From Eledone cirrhosa (taxonomy: Eukaryota), in the NCBI GenBank assembly GCA_964016885.1, contig OZ024764.1, positions 27,590,001 to 27,654,000 on the forward strand: DNA of 64,000 bases, written 5' to 3'. The translations under genes and the position numbers were made by a program. Shown piece by piece: positions 49,055 through 62,300 of the stretch. The notes under the pieces are model-generated. The model had not been told where the DNA came from. It saw only the letters and a list, made by a program, of their open reading frames with translations, and made no database searches. Within the stretch, counting starts at the first letter, position 1, and each line of letters opens with the position of its first letter.

Positions 49055-49909
49055 AGAGGTTTCCCAGTGCTCCTCGCGATACTGTTAACTTTTGATCTAG
49101 TAGCAGCTCGTTTGTCCACCCCTTTCGCCTGCCTTTGGTTGTATGTCGTCCTAGATGTGTGTATTACCTGCTTGTGTGTTGTATGTGGTCCTAGATGTGT
49201 TATTACCTGCTTATGTGGTCCTAGATGTATGTATTACCTGCTGGTGTGTTGTATGTGGTCCCAGATGTGTGGATTACCTGTTTTTGTGTTGTATGTGGTC
49301 CCAAATGTGTGTGCTACCCGCTTCTGTGATTTGTTTCTTCTTCCTCTCTTCCGAGAAACAATCGTGTATTTTTTAAATCTATTCCATGCGTTAAGTAATT
49401 AGCAGCAACAACAAACTGATTTTCAGTTGTAAAAAGAATCTTTAAACCTTCACCATTTACATTAACACATACCATACGTTGTCCCAGCCACAAATAAACA
49501 GTAAAAAAAACTTACTTTGCGGTTAAATTCGTCACAATTAAAAGAAAAATATTTCTAACACGTTTCTAGACAACACCAAGTTTACACCTTCAATATCCGG
49601 TAAAAGTAAAAACAAATTCTGGAGACATTTAACGAAACGAAACTATGTAAAGAAAAACGAAAATTAAACGAAGACAAATAGTAAATTTTAATTTTTATTA
49701 AATAAAATACCAGTAATTCACTGCAGTAGATTTAATCAACTTTACTCTCTCTGCACAAAAGAAGAAAAAAATTCCTGACTTAGTGCTTAATATATAGAGA
49801 GGGGGAGAGTTTGGTGTTTCTTCATATAGAGAGGGGTATTGGAAGAGAGTGCCGTGTAGTAGATATAGAGAGGGAGAGAGTTAGTGCTAATTGATATAAA
49901 GAGGGGGAT

Positions 49910-51951
49910 ATTCAAATTATCCCCTGTGGGGCGTGCACCCCACGTTGAGAATACCTCATAAATAAATATATGTGAGTGTGTTTCTATGACTGCTATTTCT
50001 AGCAGGTTTACTGCAGTCCTGTAGACGCACAACAAAAACCGGAAGTGGCAGCCATTAAAAAACTTTGGCTTAAAATCAGGCAAAAGTTTTTTAACAATTT
50101 GCCAAGAAAGATAACTCTTGTCTTACTTAATCGCAAAAATCGAGGCAAAAATTTTGCGGGTGTGCAGTTTGTTTGGTGTATTTGACTGCTATTTCTAGCA
50201 TGTATGGACACTTTAGAAATAGCAGCGAAAAACGGAAAACAGCAGAAAGAAGGACACACACCTATATATATATATATACCAGCTATACACTCACCCATAC
50301 ATATATATATATATATACCAGCTATACACACACCCATATCTACGTATAGGTGTGTGTGCGCGCGTGTATGTATATATAAATATATATATTTAAATGTATA
50401 TATCTGTGCATATATATATGTATATATGTATATATATATATATATACAGATACATAATTATATATATATATATACGTGTGTGACCTTCTTTCTTATGTTT
50501 CCCGTGTTTTGCTGCTATTTCTAAAGTGTCCATATATGCTAGAAATAACAGTCAAATACACCAAACAAACTGCACACCCGCAACATTTTTGCCTCGATTT
50601 TTGCGATTAAGTAAGACAAGAGTTATCTTTCTTGGCAAATTGTTAAAAAACTTTTGCCTGATTTTAAGCCAAAGTTTTTTAATGGCTGCCACTTCCGGTT
50701 TTTGTTGTGCGTCTACAGGACTGCAGTAAACCTGCTAGAAATAGCAGTCATAGCAACACACTCACATATATTTATTTATGAGGGATTCTCAACGTGGGGT
50801 GCACGCCCCACAGGGGATAATTTGAATATAATAGGGGTCAATTTGAAAGTCATATAATACGACCCAACTCCCTGTTACACTTCGTATACACATGTTATCG
50901 TGTATCTGGCAGCACCTGCGAGAAGTTTGTTTACATTAATAAAAACGATGATTCGTTGTCTTCAGTAGTTCCAAACCTTTTTTGCTCCATGCCCCACCTC
51001 AACGTTTAAAAATTAGGTTTATGTTCCCCTTTAATATAGAAATAAACCGAGTCTTGTAAAAGTGTTACTACTGTAATATAAAGTAGAAATGCTTTAATTA
51101 AACAAAGCTACGATGCCGCGATGATCAAAACAAACTTCAAAATATAAACAAACTTCTCGTAGCTGCTGCCAGATACACGATAACATGTGAACAAAGTGTA
51201 ACTGGAAGTTTGGTCGTATTATATCACTTTCTAATTGGCCCCTATTAAATTCAAATTGCCCCCTGTGGGGCGTGTACCCTTCGTTGAGAATCCCTGATAT
51301 ATAAATATACATAAGTGTGTTGTTATGACTGCTATTTCTAGTAGGTTTCTGGCTGTCCTGTAGACGCACAACAAAAACCGGAAGTGGCAGCCATTAAAAA
51401 ACTTCGGCTTAAAATCAGCCAAAAGATTTTCAATAATAGTAAAATTTTATTTTTGACAAGGACGATAACTTTTGTCTTACTTAATCGCAAAAATCGAGGC
51501 AAAAATTTTGCGGGTGTCCAGTTAACACGCTAAAATAAACCTGCTAGAAATAGCAGTCATAGCCACTCACATATATTTATATATCATATATATATATATC
51601 AGCCAAACACACACACTTATATATGTACGTGTGTGTGTGTTGACCGCTATATATATATATAGCAGCCAAACACATACACAGACACACATATATATATATA
51701 TACATGTGTGTGTCCTCCTCTCGTCTATGGCTGTTATTTTTACATTGTCCTTTTTGTTATTTTTCTCGGGATTTGCCCGGATTCGAACATGCGACCACCT
51801 ATTTACAATATAGAATCTTTACAGCTTTACTGACTTTTAAGTAATCCAAGTTGTAACCCCGGATTTAGGGGTGTTTAATTTATTTTGAAGTATTTTATTA
51901 TTGGTCTTAGTTAGACGATCGTCCAAGACCATGCTGGGGCATATATATATA

Positions 51952-52021
<70 letters not shown>

Positions 52022-52712
52022 CTGGGGCATATATATATATGTGTGTGTGTGTATATATATATATGTGTGTGTGTGTGTGTCCTTTCTGTTATTCGCTGCT
52101 ATTTCTAAAGTGTCCATATATATATCATATATATATATATATGATATATAAATATATGTAAGTGAGTTGCTATGACTGCTGTTTCTAGCAGGTTTATTTT
52201 TAGCGTGTAAACTGCACACCCTCAAAATTTTTGCCTCGATTTTTGCGATTAAGTAAGACAAAAGTTATCGTCCTTGTCAAAAATAAAATTTTACTATTAT
52301 TGAAAATCTTTTGGCTGATTTTAAGCCAAAGTTTTTTAATGGCTGCCACTTCCGGTTTTTGTTGTGCGTCTACAGGACTGCAGTAAACCTGCTAGAAATA
52401 GCAGTCATAGCAACACACTCACATATATTTATTTATGAGGGATTCTCAACGTGGGGTGCACGCCCCACAGGGGATAATTTGAATATAATAGGGGTCAATT
52501 TGAAAGTCATATAATACGACCCAACTCCCTGTTACACTTCGTATACACATGTTATCGTGTATCTGGCAGCACCTGCTAGAAGTTTGTTTACATTTTGGGG
52601 TTTGCTTTGATGATCGCTGCATCGCAGCTTTGTTTAAATAAAGGGTTTCTACTTTATATTACAGTAATAACACTTTTACAAGACTCGGATTGTTTTTATA
52701 TTAAAGGGGACA
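49910..52712. mobile_element. Two tandem long-inverted-repeat MITE-like elements (arms ~49910-50260 / 50480-50935 and 50963-51525 / 52080-52712)
   Basis: The same arm translation 'DFKPKFFNGCHFRFLL..' appears on -, +, -, + strands; second element starts CAGTAGTTCCAAACCTTTT (hAT-like). Confidence 0.75.
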
Positions 52713-54859
52713 TGTTTTTTAAACTCTGAACTCAGCATCTTTCTGTTGTTCTCCGGGATTCTAGCAAAGTATAAAAATATATATATATATATATAGATAT
52801 ATATATATATATCTGGCAGTCAACCTCAGACTCGAAAAAGCCGCCGCTAATCGTGATCGTTGGGGTTACAATTAGACTAAAGTGCTTCCACTGGGCACCA
52901 TTAGCTGGTTGTGATCATTGGAGAATTCTTTATGCGCTGAAAGAGCCTAGGACAAAAATATATATATATAGATGTCGAAACGGCAGTAGCACAGCCGTTG
53001 GGGTCCTGAATATTTTCACATCTATATATGTGTGTGTATTCTGCGACATTTATAATTACATAAGCAAGCATATTTGAATAACAAAATTTGAGGTTTAAAT
53101 ACTTTAGTTTTTACCAATAACATAGAGAAAGGCATGAACAACACCACATGTTAATTACTTTAATATTGAAAGTAGGCTTATAAATATTAAAAAAGCAGAT
53201 TTTTGTATCTTTCATGGTGGTCTGGTGGGTGATACCAGAGATGGTGGTAGTCCTGGTTTCGGTTTCAATCCTGGTCATGGGTTACATATAAGGTCTCATT
53301 TTTTTTTTTCTTTCTTTCAGTTTTCTTCTTATCTCTAGATATAAATATATATACATAAGGTAATTTGGTAGAATTGTTAGAACATCAGATAGAATTCTTT
53401 GCAGTATTTTTCCTGTTCTTTACTCTGAGTTCAACTTTACCTTTCTTCCATTCGGTGTCGATAAGTCTTGAATATGTCTAACGTAGCAATAACTGGAGCT
53501 ACTTAACCAAGTTTTCCCAACCTAGTCGATGTCACCTACTGGTTGGCGATTTAAACTGTTGGCTGGGACAATGACCAACTAATCAGTCAGATTCGAACTC
53601 ACTATGTCTGGCATATATTTTATATTTTATATTTGAATGAAGTTCTGTAAGTAACCTGGTGGCTTAGATGGCAATACTGCTCGAATAGATGGCTTCTATT
53701 ATGAAGTTATAAGTTCATTCCCTATCCAGGATTGTAGAATTAATTTTATTTAGTTATTATTTAATCAATTGTTTTAACAAACAAATTCTGTCTATAAAAC
53801 GCCAAATATAGTGAGTTCAAATCTGACTGACATGCATGGTATATATTTATGTTTCATTATACAGCGACACAATACACAGGAACTTATAAAGATATGTATA
53901 TATTGTCCAGGAGTTTCGAGTTTAGTGGGAATTGGTACAACTCTCAATTGGAGCTAGTCCCTGCAAGACCAGAATAAATAATGTTATACCTTTTCATGAA
54001 ATCTTGCACACCCGATATTTTATACATGATTATCTAAAGGTGAACAAAAACCAAAGAACATTGTGCAGCATTTCTCAACCTTTCTACCCATGTCGATCTC
54101 TTGAAATAGTTTTTATGTCTCAGGGAAGCCCTGCATAAAATATACTTTTTCTATCTCTAGAGCAGTGGTTCCCAAATCGTGTGCTGCGAGATGAAACAAG
54201 ATGAGCTGCAAAAGACTAAGATTAAGTTTTATGATGTGAAAAATATAAAACTGAAATTTCATATAAAAGTTCAAATATAGCTACAGCCACAAACCTAGGC
54301 TCCACACCCCGCAATGCAGAGGATAGTAAGATAGTACCAAGGCCTGACTCACCTCTTCCACTCCATTGAGACCTCTGCCATACTTGGTCCCTGTACTGCT
54401 GATTTCCTCCATAAAGTCGGGAGGAAAGATGACAGGAGCCTCATGAGGAGGGGCGACTATTGTAGCAGGTGTCTCTGGCCTTGCTCCGAGGTAACGCTTT
54501 TACGTTTCTTCCACAGGTTGCGGCTGAGGGACCACTTAGACTGGGGTGAAGTGTTTGTCCCTCCCCCGACTTCTTACTTCTTTTTTTTTCTCCTTTTCAT
54601 TTTCTTTTCTCTTCTTGCTTATCTCTGCTATACCACGGCATCAAAAACATATATGATATATGTATGTATGGTATAGGTGTATTTATATTTAGGATAGTTA
54701 TCAAAGGTAAATAGACTGGTTGGAGCAATAACAGTCTTGTTTATGTATATACATATATATATATATTTACATGTTTGTTCTTGTATTTCCATAGAAAAGG
54801 TAAAGAAAAGAAGAGTGCTCTATGTATTGTACAGAGCTATTTAATTACATAATAAACAA

Positions 54860-55606
54860 CAGAATGGAAAACATTCAGACAGAGAAGAATGGATAATGAG
54901 CGTTGTAAGAGAAATTGGCCAACAATTAATATTAATGGAAATGTAGAAGAATTTCATATTAGTGATATGAATGTTTCGTGTGATCACTGTGGAGCTTTGA
55001 AATTTAGAAATGAAAATTGTAACTGTTGTAATAAAGGAAAGGTTGTGTTGCCACCATTGCAAATATACCCTGAGAGACTGAGAAATCTCTTTGAAAGAGG
55101 CCAGGAAGCAGTTGATTTCACAGAAACATCTGCAATTAAAACTACATTTATTTCACTTCATTTGGTGTTACCACCCGGCAGAGGCCCGTATAGCTTTCAT
55201 ATTCAGGGTCAAACATATCACTACACCCCCATCTCTGTAACCTGCAGAAAATACACCACAATATGGCCAGTTATATATTATTGATGGGAACGAAGGTATG
55301 TAGCACAGATTGGAAGTACAACCAAATAATTGTTTCTAGCACAAGGCCAGCAATTACTGGTACTTTATTCTATCGACCTAATAAGGATGAAAACAAAGTC
55401 AACCTTGGAGGGATTTGAACCCAGAACGTAAAGGGACATAACCCTATGCTGTAAAGCATGGTGTCTGGCGCTCTACCGATGCTGCCAATCCACTGCCCTA
55501 GTACCAACAAATAATGACTGCTCACCACAAAAAATGGCTATGATAAGAGAAGTGTTGCATGAATGTAATTCATATGTCGAAGTGTACAATACAATGCATG
55601 GCATCA
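54860..55606 (+). pseudogene. RepHel 5' half (paralog of 11990-12734), with a minus-strand SINE at 55331-55499
   Basis: ORF 54889..55284 translates identically to 12017..12412; same GGCATCA breakpoint. Confidence 0.85.
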
Positions 55607-56315
55607 CAAATGAATATATATATATATATATATATATACTACTACAGTGTATGTAAAATTTTAAAATAAATACTTAAATTCAATTTGTATAATTACACAT
55701 ACAATATGTTTTGTTGTAAAACCCTAAATAATGATTTAAGAAATGATGTCAATCTCTTTGTACAGAGAAAAACAATTTATATATATGCATTGTGTGCGCG
55801 TGTATACTCCATTTAAGACATTGAAAAACCTAGTACCTCCTTCAAAGAATGCCAAATAGTTTATGCCTAAGGTGTAACACTAATTAAGTTACCGGTGTAG
55901 ATATTTCAGTTGAACCCTGCTTCAAACATGCATATTATTATTATATATTTTCAAACACACTTACATACATTATATTTATACACATAGAAATAATAAGTTA
56001 AAACTAAAGTATAATGATATAACAACAGTATATAATAGTTTTCTTCACTTTATTGAAATGCAATCGTTTTAAAGAAAAAACATGACAGTATAAGAAATAT
56101 TTAATATGATAACATAATATTTCAGGTAGGATGGTGGTTTCTCTATGATGGTGGTTTCTCTTTGAACTAATAATTGTTTCTATTTTAGGCACAAGGTCAG
56201 TAATTAACCAGTACATTACTAGTACTTTATTTTATCGACCCCGTAAGGATGAAAGGCAAAGTTGACCTCGGATCGTAAAGGGACGTAACTATGCTGGAAA
56301 GCATGGCGTCAGACC

Positions 56316-59300
56316 CGAGAGACAGAGAGAGCGAGATGACACGAGACAGAGAGCGAGATGAAATGAGAGAGAGAGAGAGAGAGATGAAACGAGAGAGAGA
56401 GTGCGAGATGAAACGAGAGTGAGAGAGCGAGATGAAACGAGAGAGTGAGAGCGAGATGAAATGAGAGAGAGAGAGAACGAGATGAAATGAGAGAGAGAGA
56501 GAGCGAGATGAAATGAGACATAGAGAGATGAAACGAGAGAGAGATGAAACGAGAAAGAGAGGAAACGAGAGAGAGGAAACGTGAGTAGAGAGCGAGATGA
56601 AACAGGAGAGAGAGAGCGAGATGAAACGAGAGGGAGAGAGAGATGAAATGAGAGAGCGAGAGAGAGATAGAGGGAAATGAAACGACAGAGAGAGAGACAG
56701 ATGAAACGAGGGATATAGAGATGAAACGAGAGAGAGAGATGAAACGAGAGAGAGGAAGAGAGAGATAGAACGAGAGAGAGGAAGAGAGAGATGAAACGAG
56801 AGAGAAGAAGACAGAGGTGAAACGAGAGAGAGAGAGAGCGAGATGAAACGAGAGAGAGAGCGAGATGAAACGAGAGAGAGGAAGAGAGAGAGCGAGAGAT
56901 GAAACTCTGTCATGGACATATCTGACCCTGGGGCTGATAATTGTCATGTAATGTTATGGACATCTCTGCCCCTGTGGCTAATAATTCTGTCATGTAATGT
57001 TATGGACATCTCTGCCCCTGTGGCTAATAATTCTGTCATGTAATGTTATGGAAATCTCTGCCCCTGTGGCTAATAATTCTGACATGTAATGTTATGGAAT
57101 CTCTGTCCCTGTGGCTAATAAATCTGTCATTTAATGTTACGGACATCTCTGCCACTGTGGCTAATAAATCTGTCATGTAATGTTATGGACATCTCTGCCC
57201 CTGTGGCTAATAATTCTGACATGTAATGTTATGGACATCTCTGCCCCTGTAGCTAATAATTCTGACATGTAATGTTATCGACATCTCTGCCCCTGTGGCT
57301 AATAAATTCGTCATGTAATGTTATGGACATCTCTGCCCCTGTGGCTAATAAATCTGTCATGTAATGTTATGGACATCTCTGCCCCTGTGGCTAATAATTC
57401 TGACATGTAATGTTATGGACATCTCTGCCCCTGTGGCTAATAATTCTGACATGTAATGTTATGGACATCTCTGCCCCTGTGGCTAATAATTCTGAGAGAG
57501 ATGAAACAAGTGAGGGATTAGAGAGAGATGAAACAAGTGAGGGATTAGAGTGTTGAAACAAGAGAGAGAGAGGAAGAGAGAGTGAGAGCGAGATGAAACG
57601 AGAGAGAGAGAGAGAGCGAGATGAAATGAGAGAGAGAGAGCGAGATGAAATGAGAGAGAGAGAGCGAGATGAAACGAGACAGAGAGAGCGGGATGAAACG
57701 TGACAGAGAGAGCAAGAGCGAGATGAAACGAGACAGAGAGAGCGAGATGAAACGAGAGAGAGAGAGCGAGATGAAATGAGAGAGAGAGAGCGAGATGAAA
57801 TGAGAGAGAGAGAGCGAGATGAAACGAGAGAGTGAGAGCGAGATGGAACGAGACAGAAAGAGCGAGATGAAACGAGAGTAGGAGAGCTAGATGAAACGAG
57901 AGAGAGAGGAAACGAGAGATACGAAACGAGAGAGAGGAAACGAGAGTAGAGAGCGAGATGAAACAGGAGAGAGAGAGCGAGATGAAACAGGAGAGAGAAA
58001 GCGAGATGAAACGAGAGGGAGAGAGGGATGAAACGAGAGAGCGAGAGAGAGATAGAGGGAGATGAAACGACAGAGAGAGAGACAGATGAAACGAGGGAGA
58101 TAGAGATGAAACGAGAGAGAGAGATGAAACGAGAGAGAGGAAGAGAGAGATGGAACGAGAGAGAGGAAGAGAGAGATGGAACGAGAGAGAGGAAGACAGA
58201 GATGAAACGAGAGAGAGAGAGAGCAAGATGAAACGAGAGAGAGGAAGAGAGAGATGGAACGAGAGAGAGGAAGAGAGAGATGGAACGAGCGAGAGGAAGA
58301 CAGAGATGAAACGAGACAGAGAGAGATCGAGATGAAACGAGAGAGAGGAAGAGAGAGAGCGCAAGATGAAACGAGAGAGAGAGAGAGAGAGCGAGATGAA
58401 ACGAGAGAGAGGAAGAGAGAGAGCGCGAGATGAAACGAGAGAGAGGAAGAGAGAGAGCGCGAGATGAAGTGAGAGAGAGAGAGCGAGATGAAATGAGAGA
58501 TTGAGAGTGAGATGAAACGAGAGAGTGAGAGAGAGCGAGATGAAATGAGAGAGAGAGAGCGAGATGAAATGAGAGAGAGAGAGCGAGATGAAACGAGACA
58601 GAGAGAGCGGGATGAAACGAGACAGAGAGATCGAGATGAAATGAGAGAGAGAGAGCGAGATGAAACGAGAGAGTGAGAGCGAGATGGAACGAGTCAGAGA
58701 GAGCGAGATGAAACGAGAGAGTGAGAGCTAGATGAAACGAGAGAGAGAGGAAACGAGAGAGAGAGGAAACTAGAGAGAGGAAACAAGAGAGAGGAAACGA
58801 GAGTAGAGAGCAAGATGAAACAGGAGAGAGAGAGAGCGAGATGAAACCGGAGAGAGAGAGCGAGATGAAACGAGAGGGAGGGAGAGATGAAACGAGAGAG
58901 CGAGAGAGAGATAGAGGGAGATGAAACGAGAGAGTGATAGCTAGATGAAACGAGAGAGAGAGGAATAGAGAGATGGAACGAGAGAGAGGAAGACAGATAT
59001 GAAATGAGAGAGAGAGAGAGGGAGATGAAACGAGAGAGAGGAAGAGAGAGAGCGCGAGATGAAACGAGAGAGAGCGAGATGAAACGAGAGAGAGAGAGAG
59101 CGAGATGAAACGAGAGAGAGAGAGCGAGATGAAACGAGAGAGAGGAAGAGAGAGAGCGCGAGATGAAAGTCTGTCATGTAATGTTATGGACATATCTGCC
59201 CTTGGGGCTAATAATTGTCATGTAATGTTATGGACATATCTACCCTTGGGGCTAATAATTGTCATGTAATGTTATGTACATCTCTGCCCCTGTGGCAAAT

Positions 59301-62300
59301 AATTCTGTCATGTAATGTTATGGACATCTCTGTCCCTGTGGCTAATAATTATGTCATGTAATGTTATGGACATCTCTGCCCCTGTGGCTAATAATTCTGT
59401 CATGTAATGTTATGGACATCTCTGCCCCTGTGGCTAATAAATTTGTCATGTAATGTTATAGACATCTCTGCCCCTGTGGCTAATAAATCTGTCATGTAAT
59501 GTTATGGACATCTCTGCCCCTGTGGCTAATAATTCTGACATGTAATGTTATGGATATCTCTGCCCCTGTGGCTAATAATTCTGAGAGAGATGAAACAAGT
59601 GAGGGATAAGAGAGAGATGAAACAAGTGAGGGATTAGAGTGTTGAAACAAGAGAGAGAGAGGAAGAGAGAGTGAGAGCGAGATCAAACGAGAGAGAGAGA
59701 GAGAGCGAGATGAAATGAGAGAGAGAGAGCGAGATGAAATGAGAGAGAGAGAGCGAGATGAAACGAGACAGAGAGAGCGGGATGAAACGTGACAGAGAGA
59801 GCAAGAGCGAGATGAAACGAGACAGAGAGAGCGAGATGAAACGAGAGAGAGAGAGCGAGATGAAATGAGAGAGAGAGAGCGAGATGAAATGAGAGAGAGA
59901 GAGCGAGATGAAACGAGAGAGTGAGAGCGAGATGGAACGAGACAGAGAGAGCGAGATGAAACGAGAGTAGGAGAGCTAGATGAAACGAGAGAGAGAGGAA
60001 ACGAGAGATACGAAACGAGAGAGAGGAAACGAGAGTAGAGAGCGAGATGAAACAGGAGAGAGAGAGCGAGATGAAACAGGAGAGAGAAAGCGAGATGAAA
60101 CGAGAGGGAGAGAGAGATGAAACGAGAGAGCGAGAGAGAGATAGAGGGAGATGAAACGACAGAGAGAGAGACAGATGAAACGAGGGAGATAGAGATGAAA
60201 CGAGAGAGAGAGATGAAACGAGAGAGAGGAAGAGAGAGATGGAACGAGAGAGAGGAAGAGAGAGATGGAACGAGAGAGAGGAAGACAGAGATGAAACGAG
60301 AGAGAGAGAGAGCAAGATGAAACGAGAGAGAGGAAGAGAGAGATGGAACGAGAGAGAGGAAGAGAGAGATGGAACGAGCGAGAGGAGGACAGAGATGAAA
60401 CGAGACAGAGAGAGATCGAGATGAAACGAGAGAGAGGAAGAGAGAGAGCGCAAGATGAAACGAGAGAGAGAGAGAGAGCGAGATGAAACGAGAGAGAGGA
60501 AGAGAGAGAGTGCGAGATGAAACGAGAGAGAGGAAGAGAGAGAGCGCGAGATGAAGTGAGAGAGAGAGAGCGAGATGAAATGAGAGATTGAGAGTGAGAT
60601 GAAACGAGAGAGTGAGAGAGAGCGAGATGAAATGAGAGAGAGAGAGCGAGATGAAATGAGAGAGAGAGAGCGAGATGAAATGAGGGAGAGAGAGCGAGAT
60701 GAAACGAGACAGAGAGAGCGGGATGAAACGAGACAGAGAGATCGAGATGAAATGAGAGAGAGAGAGCGAGATGAAATGAGAGAGAGAGAGCGAGATGAAA
60801 CGAGAGAGTGAGAGCGAGATGGAACGAGTCAGAGAGAGCGAGATGAAACGAGAGAGTGAGAGCTAGATGAAACGAGAGAGAGAGGAAACGAGAGAGAGAG
60901 GAAACTAGAGAGAGGAAACAAGAGAGAGGAAACGAGAGAAGAGAGCAAGATGAAACAGGAGAGAGAGAGAGCGAGATGAAACCGGAGAGAGAGAGCGAGA
61001 TGAAACGAGAGGGAGGGAGAGATGAAACGAGAGAGCGAGAGAGAGATAGAGGGAGATGAAACGAGAGAGTGATAGCTAGATGAAACGAGAGAGAGAGGAA
61101 TAGAGAGATCGAACGAGAGAGAGGAAGACAGATATGAAACGAGAGAGAGAGAGAGCGAGATGAAACGAGAGAGAGGAAGAGAGAGAGCGCGAGATGAAAC
61201 GAGAGAGAGAGAGCGAGATGAAACGAGAGAGAGAGAGCGAGATGAAACGAGAGAGAGAGAGCGATATGAAACGAGAGAGAGCGCGAGATGAAAGTCTGTC
61301 ATGTAATGTTATGGACATATCTGCCCTTGGGGCTAATAATTGTCATGTAATGTTATGGACATATCTACCCTTGGGGCTAATAATTGTCATGTAATGTTAT
61401 GTACATCTCTGCCCCTGTGGCAAATAATTCTGTCATGTAATGTTATGGACATCTCTGTCCCTGTGGCTAATAATTATGTCATGTAATGTTATGGACATCT
61501 CTGCCCCTGTGGCTAATAATTCTGTCATGTAATGTTATGGACATCTCTGCCCCTGTGGCTAATAAATTTGTCATGTAATGTTATGGACATCTCTGCCCCT
61601 GTGGCTAATAAATCTGTCATGTAATGTTATGGACATCTCTGCCCCTGTGGCTAATAATTCTGACATGTAATGTTATGGATATCTCTGCCCCTGTGGCTAA
61701 TAATTCTGAGAGAGATGAAACAAGTGAGGGATAAGAGAGAGATGAAACAAGTGAGGGATTAGAGTGTTGAAACAAGAGAGAGAGAGGAAGAGAGAGTGAG
61801 AGCGAGATCAAACGAGAGAGAGAGAGCGAGATGAAATGAGAGAGTGAGAGCGAGATCAAACGAGAGAGAGAGAGCGAGATGAAATGAGAGAGAGAGAGCG
61901 AGATGAAATGAGAGAGAGAGAGCGAGATGAAACGAGACAGAGAGAGCGAGGTGAAACGAGAGAGAGAGAGAGCGAAATGAAACGAGACAGATTAGAGCGA
62001 GATGAAACGAGAGAGAGAGAGCGAGATGAAATGAGAGAGAGAGAGCGAGATGAAACGAGAGAGTGAGAGCTAGAGGAAACGATAGAGAGAGGAAACGAGA
62101 GAGAGAGGAAACGAGAGAGAGGATACGAGAGAGAGGAAACGAGAGTAGAGAGCGAGATGAAACAGGAGAGAGAGAGCGAGATGAAACAGGAGAGAGAGAG
62201 CGAGATGAAACGAGAGGGAGAGAGAGATGAAACGAGAGAGCGAGAGAGAGATAGAGGGAGATGAAACGACAGAGAGAGAGACAGATGAAACAAGTGAGGG

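Larger units (their letters stand above)
44946..54715 (+). repeat. One complete ~9.77-kb Helitron-containing tandem unit
   Basis: CTGGTTGGAG(T/C)AATAACAGTC recurs at 44946 and 54716 (also 9196 and 11844). 45879-54715 is collinear with 672-9195 apart from indels. Confidence 0.85.

Noticed and set aside
51765-51835. tRNA gene on the minus strand (GTTCGAATCC B-box)
   Set aside because: No cloverleaf can be formed; at most a decayed SINE head
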